Positions 58,478-64,000 of a stretch of DNA of 64,000 bases are shown here, piece by piece. The position numbers and the translations under genes are program-made. How positions within the stretch are numbered: the stretch's first letter is position 1; the number at the start of each line of letters is the position of its first letter. Where the stretch lies: positions 96,001-160,000 of the IMG/VR virus record IMGVR_UViG_3300045594_000116, one strand, 5' to 3'. Below the pieces are notes generated by a model that was given only the letters and a program-made list of their open reading frames with translations, did no database searches and was not told the DNA's origin. This DNA is from a virus. Taxonomy: Duplodnaviria; Caudoviricetes.

Positions 58478-58831
58478 ATGGAAGAACAGCAGAAAACGCT
58501 AGGATATTACATGTCGCTTGTCTACCCAACTAGGTTCATAGAACTTAATGATGGTGGATTTAAAGCTATGCATCCGATGTTACATGGTTGCTCTGTAACT
58601 GGAACTACCATCACTAACTGTCTCGAAGAGTTGAAGAAGACTCGACGACTATGGATGATAAAAGCCATGGAGGAACATATGGATATTCCTAAACCAGACG
58701 ATTATCCATATCTGTATTTTAGATATGTGCATGTGTATTCTGAAGACGGAATTATGCTGTATTCGGTTCATATCTTCTTAGATGGATTCAAATCTAAGAA
58801 GAAAAATAAGAAGAAGAAAAAGGTATCTTAA
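58478..58831 (+). CDS. hicB: HicB-like antitoxin domain protein
   Basis: YP...DGGFKAMHPMLHGCSVTG.T...LEE...W......DIPKP; Lys-rich tail. Confidence 0.7.
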   Translation: MEEQQKTLGYYMSLVYPTRFIELNDGGFKAMHPMLHGCSVTGTTITNCLEELKKTRRLWMIKAMEEHMDIPKPDDYPYLYFRYVHVYSEDGIMLYSVHIFLDGFKSKKKNKKKKKVS

Positions 58832-58837
58832 AAGGAG

Positions 58838-59386
58838 TTGTTTACATTGTTCGATAAGGTTTCTCCAAAAAGAAATGCTGTCACCACTATGGATGTATAC
58901 GAGATTGCTAAAGACACGGATGATCAGGCTGTAGTCGATTATCTTAAGCAGGGAAATACGAGTTTCTCTATCGTTCGTTTTCATTTTGGTGAGGCCTATT
59001 TGTTTGCCCATATCAAAGAAGCTGCAGACCTTGAGTACATCAAGAAGATTGCGGACTTTATCCATGGTACGAATGGCAATATCTTCCTGTATGAAGCTAC
59101 TGTTCTTGGCTACATTTCCAAGCAGTCTGGCATTACCTTCAAATTGTCTATCGACGATGATTTGGAATACGAGCGTAAAGAGTTCGGAATTGATTCTTTT
59201 GTCGCTGAACAGGAGCCTGAAGACGTTATCAAAGTTTGCAATGAGATCAATGAAATCAAACCTAAGTTTGATATGCGTACGTCTCTTGCAGTGCGTCTGT
59301 ATCGTCCGGAATCTATTGAGTATGATTTTGCTGCTAAAGCTGAAATCATGTTCAAGCGTGTTGACGGCGAAGTAGTTAAACAGTAA
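58838..59386 (+). CDS. Hypothetical protein (start uncertain)
   Basis: AAGGAG nearby; terminator 59399-59421. Confidence 0.65.
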   Translation: MFTLFDKVSPKRNAVTTMDVYEIAKDTDDQAVVDYLKQGNTSFSIVRFHFGEAYLFAHIKEAADLEYIKKIADFIHGTNGNIFLYEATVLGYISKQSGITFKLSIDDDLEYERKEFGIDSFVAEQEPEDVIKVCNEINEIKPKFDMRTSLAVRLYRPESIEYDFAAKAEIMFKRVDGEVVKQ

Positions 59387-59470
59387 AGTATCAATATGGA
59401 GCAGCCTTATACGGGCTGCTCTTATACTTTTTGATTGGCCCTAAAACACCATAATGTGAGGTGTTGATAA

Positions 59471-61024
59471 ATGCAGAAGCATAAATTAGAAGTTAAGCAC
59501 ACTTGTATTAAGATAAATAACTATGAACTAGGAGATCTTCCCAGTACAGAGAAGTTTTTCTCCATATGGGACCCTGTAAGATTTCAAGCATTTCCGAAAG
59601 GAATAAAATACGATCAAGAAACAAAGACTCTATATCTGCCTAGAGGAGCTAGCATCCCTAGGTTAGAGAAAGATTTAGGGGTAAATGCATTTATAGATCA
59701 GAGCCATGATCCAGTACAAAGGGTAAATCCTATTATGCTCAGATATATGCCTAGAGATGATATCCAAAAACAGGGTATTCAATTTCTTCTTGGAAAAGGA
59801 GAGTATGAGTATACCGCTAGAAAGTCTCAGCTATCTGTAAATCTAGGGCCTGGGGATGGAAAGACATATCTCTCTGTTGCAGCAGCTGCATATTATGGAG
59901 TTCGTATGGCTATGATCACTTCTGCTGGTGGTTGGATAGAGCAGTGGGCAGAGCGTATCCAAGAGTATACTGATACAACGAGAGAAGAGATCTATATAAT
60001 CAAAGGTAAACCATCTATAGTTATGCTACTGAATGGAGTTCATGATATATCGAAGTACAAATTCGTACTTTGCTCTCATAATACATTAAAGTCGTATGGC
60101 GATAAGAATGGATGGGATAAGATCGGAGAACTATTCAAGATGATGGGTATCGGGTTAAAGATATATGATGAGGCTCATCTATACTTCGATAACATTTGTT
60201 CTATAGATTTCGCTACAGATACTCTGAAGACTATATATCTTACTGCCACCCCAGCCAGAAGTGATAGAAACGAAGATAAAATATATCAAGCTGCATTCAG
60301 TAGTGTTCCGGGATTAGATTTGTTTGACGATGAGCGAGATCCTAGAACACACTATGTAGCTTTCCATTACAGTAGTAATCCATCTCCTATTGACGTTCAA
60401 CGGTGCAGAGGAGCATATGGATTCTTGGCAATCAAGTATATAGATTACGTAGTCAAACGCCCTAACTTCTATGAACTATTGTTCATACTATTGGAGATTG
60501 CTAAGACTAAAGGAAAGACTCTTATCTATATAGGCAAGGTGGATGCTATCTATCGAGTATATAATTGGATTATGTACAACTTCCCTGAACTGAATGGAAT
60601 GGTTGGAATGTATCATTCTAAGATGGACCCAGAGATAAAGGAAGCTGAAAAGGAAAAGCTTATCATCTTATCTACGATAAAGTCATGTGGAGCGGCTACT
60701 GATATCAAAGGTCTTCAGCTTACCATCAATCTGGCTAATCCTTTTAGCTCTAATGTAATTGCAAGGCAGACTCTTGGAAGGACTAGAGATAAAGGAACTA
60801 TGTACATAGACGTAGTAGATACAGGATTTGCAACTCTTAGAGGATACTATAAGCATAAGCAAGGAATATTCTCTAAGTATGCTTTAGACTTTAGAGATGT
60901 CATCTTGCGAAAGGATATGCTGCATGAAAAGTACATGCAGATGTTCGCTAACAAGATGGAATGGTATAACAAACTCTACTCTAAGGATTCAGATAAAAAG
61001 AAGAAAGTAATGCATTTAGTGTGA
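59471..61024 (+). CDS. SF2 DNA helicase, UvsW-like
   Basis: GPGDGKT, DEAH, TATP, QTLGR; late-type promoter AACA CCATAA TG (59445-59456). Confidence 0.85.
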   Translation: MQKHKLEVKHTCIKINNYELGDLPSTEKFFSIWDPVRFQAFPKGIKYDQETKTLYLPRGASIPRLEKDLGVNAFIDQSHDPVQRVNPIMLRYMPRDDIQKQGIQFLLGKGEYEYTARKSQLSVNLGPGDGKTYLSVAAAAYYGVRMAMITSAGGWIEQWAERIQEYTDTTREEIYIIKGKPSIVMLLNGVHDISKYKFVLCSHNTLKSYGDKNGWDKIGELFKMMGIGLKIYDEAHLYFDNICSIDFATDTLKTIYLTATPARSDRNEDKIYQAAFSSVPGLDLFDDERDPRTHYVAFHYSSNPSPIDVQRCRGAYGFLAIKYIDYVVKRPNFYELLFILLEIAKTKGKTLIYIGKVDAIYRVYNWIMYNFPELNGMVGMYHSKMDPEIKEAEKEKLIILSTIKSCGAATDIKGLQLTINLANPFSSNVIARQTLGRTRDKGTMYIDVVDTGFATLRGYYKHKQGIFSKYALDFRDVILRKDMLHEKYMQMFANKMEWYNKLYSKDSDKKKKVMHLV

Positions 61025-61134
61025 TATTGCCCGTATCCTATCCAAGGATACGGGATTCCCTTTGTTTAGCGTCAATTCGTTTTTACACAACTTTAAAGTA
61101 ATGCAATTACGTTAAATCAAGAAGGTGAAAAAGC

Positions 61135-63405
61135 ATGGCAAACGGTTTTATAACCCCGCCTAGAACACAGCAGCAGATACCTGCACAAGAAATCAGAATC
61201 TGCTATCAGATGACAACAAGAAACAAATCGTTTCTTGAGATGCATTATTATCTGAAAAAGAAAGGCATTAAAAATAACGCTTTCATGCTTCAGCTATTAG
61301 ACCCAGACTTAGCCGGTATCGACCCACATGATCCGATGCTAAGTAGAACTATGAAGATGAAGGTACAACGAGAATGCATGTTTAACTTCTGGTATTATGT
61401 ACGAGAGGTTGTTCGTGTTACTCACTCTGGTAGCCCAAAAGGTATACCATTCATGCTTCACAGAGGAAACATGGCAATGTTCTTCTGTATGCTGCAAAAT
61501 ATCAATACATTTATAGAACTACCGCGTCAGCAGGGTAAAACACTTGGTGCGTGTGTATTCTATTCATGGGCATATAATTTTGGTACTGCTAACTCTGAGT
61601 TACGTTTCATGAATAAGGACTTAGCAGGTTCTAAAGATAACTTGGCCAAAGTCAAAGAGATTATCGGTATGCTACCATCCTATCTTCAGATGACTCGTGA
61701 ATACACGATGGTCGGAGATAGAAAGAAGAAAGCTACTGCTAACGTAGAGACTATAGCTCATGTAATCAACCATAATAAGATTAGAACCGTAGCCTCTGCT
61801 AGAAGTAGAAATGCTGCTGGCAATCTGTTACGTGGTAAAACTATTACGTTCTGGTGGATGGACGAGTGGGCATTCATTGGATACAATGATGCCATCTATT
61901 TATCAACATATCCTGCATTGAAAACAGCATTCGATAATGCTAGAGCAGCTAATAAACCATATGGTATTCTTATTACAACCACTCCTGGTATACTGAGTAC
62001 AACTGAGGGTAAGTATGCATTTGAAATGAAAGAAGATGCATCTGAGTTCTCTGAGACTTGGTATGATAAAGCCCCTATGCAGATTAGATCTATACTTGAT
62101 GCTAATCAGAAGAGTGATTTCGTATATATAAGATTCAGCTACAAGCAGTTGGGTCGAGACGAGCAATGGTTCTTCGAGATCTGTAAAGGTTTGCAGTGGA
62201 AGATGCGAGACATCAGACGAGAGGTCTTACTTGAGTGGACTGATATGCCTGAGAATTGCCCATTCTCCCCTGAGGATCTTGAGGATATTGAGAAGAAGGT
62301 CAATGAGCCTATCAATCGTATTGAGTTCTTTGATCGTTATATCTTAAATGTGTATAAGCCAATTCCTCTTAGATCTGACTATGTTCCTAAGTATCCGCCA
62401 ATCATTGGTGTCGACGTTTCTGGTGGTTATAGACGCGATGCATCTGCAATCACCGTTATAGATTCTAGAACAACTGAAGTTATCGCCGATTTCAATTCTA
62501 ACCATATCTCTCCGATAGATCTTGCTAGATTGGTACTGGATATAACTTGTAGATTCTATCCTAATGCAGTAATCAACGTAGAGCGAAACGGCGGATTCGG
62601 TGCTTCAGTAATAGCTAAGCTCAAAGAGTCCAAAGTCAAAAAGAATCTGTATTTCGAGATGAAAGACCGTGTTGTAGAAGAGCAGACCGATGGCATTAGA
62701 ATTCGTAAGAAGAAGATGCTTACAAAGGTATTTGGCTTGGATTCTACTAAAGACGTTCGTGAACTCTTAATAGAGATTCTTAGAGAGCGCGTTCAGTATC
62801 ATAAAGACAAGTTCAACTCTCCTACGATACTGAATGAAATGAAGAGAATGGAGATCAAAAGAACCGGTAAGGTTGAGCACTCCGATAACTCTCACGATGA
62901 CCAGGTGTTCTCTTACCTGATGGCTCTCTACGTATGGTATGAAGGTAAAAACCTTAGAGAGAATTTCCATATTGAGAAGCAGAGTATTAAGGTAGAAGAG
63001 GGCGTTGATGATACAATCACGGCTCTTGACCAGAAATATACGTCTGTTATCGATGAGGTCGTAGGACCTGCTGCAACTCCTGAGGAAGATGCAAGGAATG
63101 AAGAAGTCAATCAGATGCTGTCAGAGCTGAAGAAAGGACAAGGCATTCTGTTCAATGAGTTTGCAAAGCGTAGGGATGAAGAAGAGGATCGTATGTTTAA
63201 GATGCTCTTACGTTCCAAACCCGTTTTAAAGTCTTATTGTAAAGAGCACAACATCTCAGAAGAAGAAGCTAGAGAAGAAGCCTTTGGTGGAGAAACCGAC
63301 ATCCCAGATTCTGTCTTCACTGGATTCAATTCCGATGTAGAGATGGATCAAGCGAACAAACTGAAGCGTAATTTTAACATGCTTAACTTCCCAACTGGAA
63401 GATAA
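61135..63405 (+). CDS. terL: Terminase large subunit
   Basis: LPRQQGKT, WWMDEW, ITTTP, IGVDVSGG..D.S, HDDQVFS; late promoter AACT TTAAAG TA (61089-61100). Confidence 0.9.
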   Translation: MANGFITPPRTQQQIPAQEIRICYQMTTRNKSFLEMHYYLKKKGIKNNAFMLQLLDPDLAGIDPHDPMLSRTMKMKVQRECMFNFWYYVREVVRVTHSGSPKGIPFMLHRGNMAMFFCMLQNINTFIELPRQQGKTLGACVFYSWAYNFGTANSELRFMNKDLAGSKDNLAKVKEIIGMLPSYLQMTREYTMVGDRKKKATANVETIAHVINHNKIRTVASARSRNAAGNLLRGKTITFWWMDEWAFIGYNDAIYLSTYPALKTAFDNARAANKPYGILITTTPGILSTTEGKYAFEMKEDASEFSETWYDKAPMQIRSILDANQKSDFVYIRFSYKQLGRDEQWFFEICKGLQWKMRDIRREVLLEWTDMPENCPFSPEDLEDIEKKVNEPINRIEFFDRYILNVYKPIPLRSDYVPKYPPIIGVDVSGGYRRDASAITVIDSRTTEVIADFNSNHISPIDLARLVLDITCRFYPNAVINVERNGGFGASVIAKLKESKVKKNLYFEMKDRVVEEQTDGIRIRKKKMLTKVFGLDSTKDVRELLIEILRERVQYHKDKFNSPTILNEMKRMEIKRTGKVEHSDNSHDDQVFSYLMALYVWYEGKNLRENFHIEKQSIKVEEGVDDTITALDQKYTSVIDEVVGPAATPEEDARNEEVNQMLSELKKGQGILFNEFAKRRDEEEDRMFKMLLRSKPVLKSYCKEHNISEEEAREEAFGGETDIPDSVFTGFNSDVEMDQANKLKRNFNMLNFPTGR

Positions 63406-63664
63406 GACAGTAATACTCCCACTACCCGTTATTGGGTAGTGGGATATTGCATGCATTTGCCCCTCTGGTAATACCAGAGGAGCGAATACAGATTCGAAAT
63501 GAAACCAACGTAGGGAAACACCCAATCAACCGAAATCAAACAGATGAAGCATATATCTCTATTTGATTTACTTCAATGTTTCAATTATATATCATAATAC
63601 TGTAAGAGGATATATTGATATATCATTCTTAACAAAAGCCAGTACATGGCGAGGAGGAGATCAC

Positions 63665-64000
63665 ATGAGAAAGTGGTGTAAAGAACTGTTCGGGATGGAC
63701 TATTCCGAGATAGTTCGAAACCACAAAGCACTCATAGCGAAAGAGCTGAACGAGCCTTTCGTTATGGTATCATTCATAACCTTATTACCGTTAGACGGAT
63801 TCACCGTTGAAGCGACAATAAGACTGTGTACAGAAAGGGGGCGTAGGGTATTTATCGATGGGATCATCGATGGTAATCAGGTAAGAAGCCATGGTAGAAA
63901 CCATAGCTACTTTTATGAAATGGAAGATGCAGAAGCTGATGTAGCGGTCTACCATTTCATCAAGTTGTGGATGAGAAATACTGATATCCATAACTTTGCT
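63665..64000 (+). CDS. Hypothetical early protein (3' partial)
   Basis: GAGGAGGAG plus ATG 63665, open to the window end (MRKWCKELFG...); early promoter variant TATATATCAT 63586-63595. Confidence 0.65.
   Translation, partial: MRKWCKELFGMDYSEIVRNHKALIAKELNEPFVMVSFITLLPLDGFTVEATIRLCTERGRRVFIDGIIDGNQVRSHGRNHSYFYEMEDAEADVAVYHFIKLWMRNTDIHNFA

Noticed and set aside
1-64000. Stop-codon recoding, tRNA genes, CRISPR arrays, inteins in TerL or the helicase
   Set aside because: Genes are intact in the standard code and use all three stops. No cloverleaf, repeat-spacer array or intein signature was seen by eye; a dedicated scan was not run.

Overview
This is a 64-kb slice of an AT-rich jumbo myophage of the AR9/PBS1 (phiKZ-related) type, probably infecting a Firmicute (strong AGGAGG RBSs, GH25 lysin). 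Core genes include two split RNA polymerase beta-prime subunits, a gp226-like promoter-specificity subunit, GroEL, primase, SF2 helicase, large terminase, major capsid protein, prohead protease, gp25-like baseplate protein and four paralogous inner-head proteins. The family-B DNA polymerase subunit is interrupted in motif B by an ORF-less 405-nt group I intron. Two recurring upstream motifs sort the genes into early ((T)ATATATTAT) and late (AAC[AT]-N6-TA) classes. The most unusual feature is a late 1802-aa polyprotein: Zn-finger/nuclease, P-loop kinase, three transglutaminase-like domains, an unknown domain and a Nudix domain. Every junction carries a hydrophobic-x-E|S/A/G/N/T motif, like the putative prohead-protease sites in the head proteins. 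One module is bracketed by a perfect 20-bp direct repeat and keeps its own early promoter, RBS and in-frame ATG, which suggests whole genes are captured in frame as virion cargo. A second oddity is that the putative virion RNAP beta-prime subunit lacks its zinc-binding domain while a separate small late gene encodes one. All calls come from reading motifs by eye; no database search was run.
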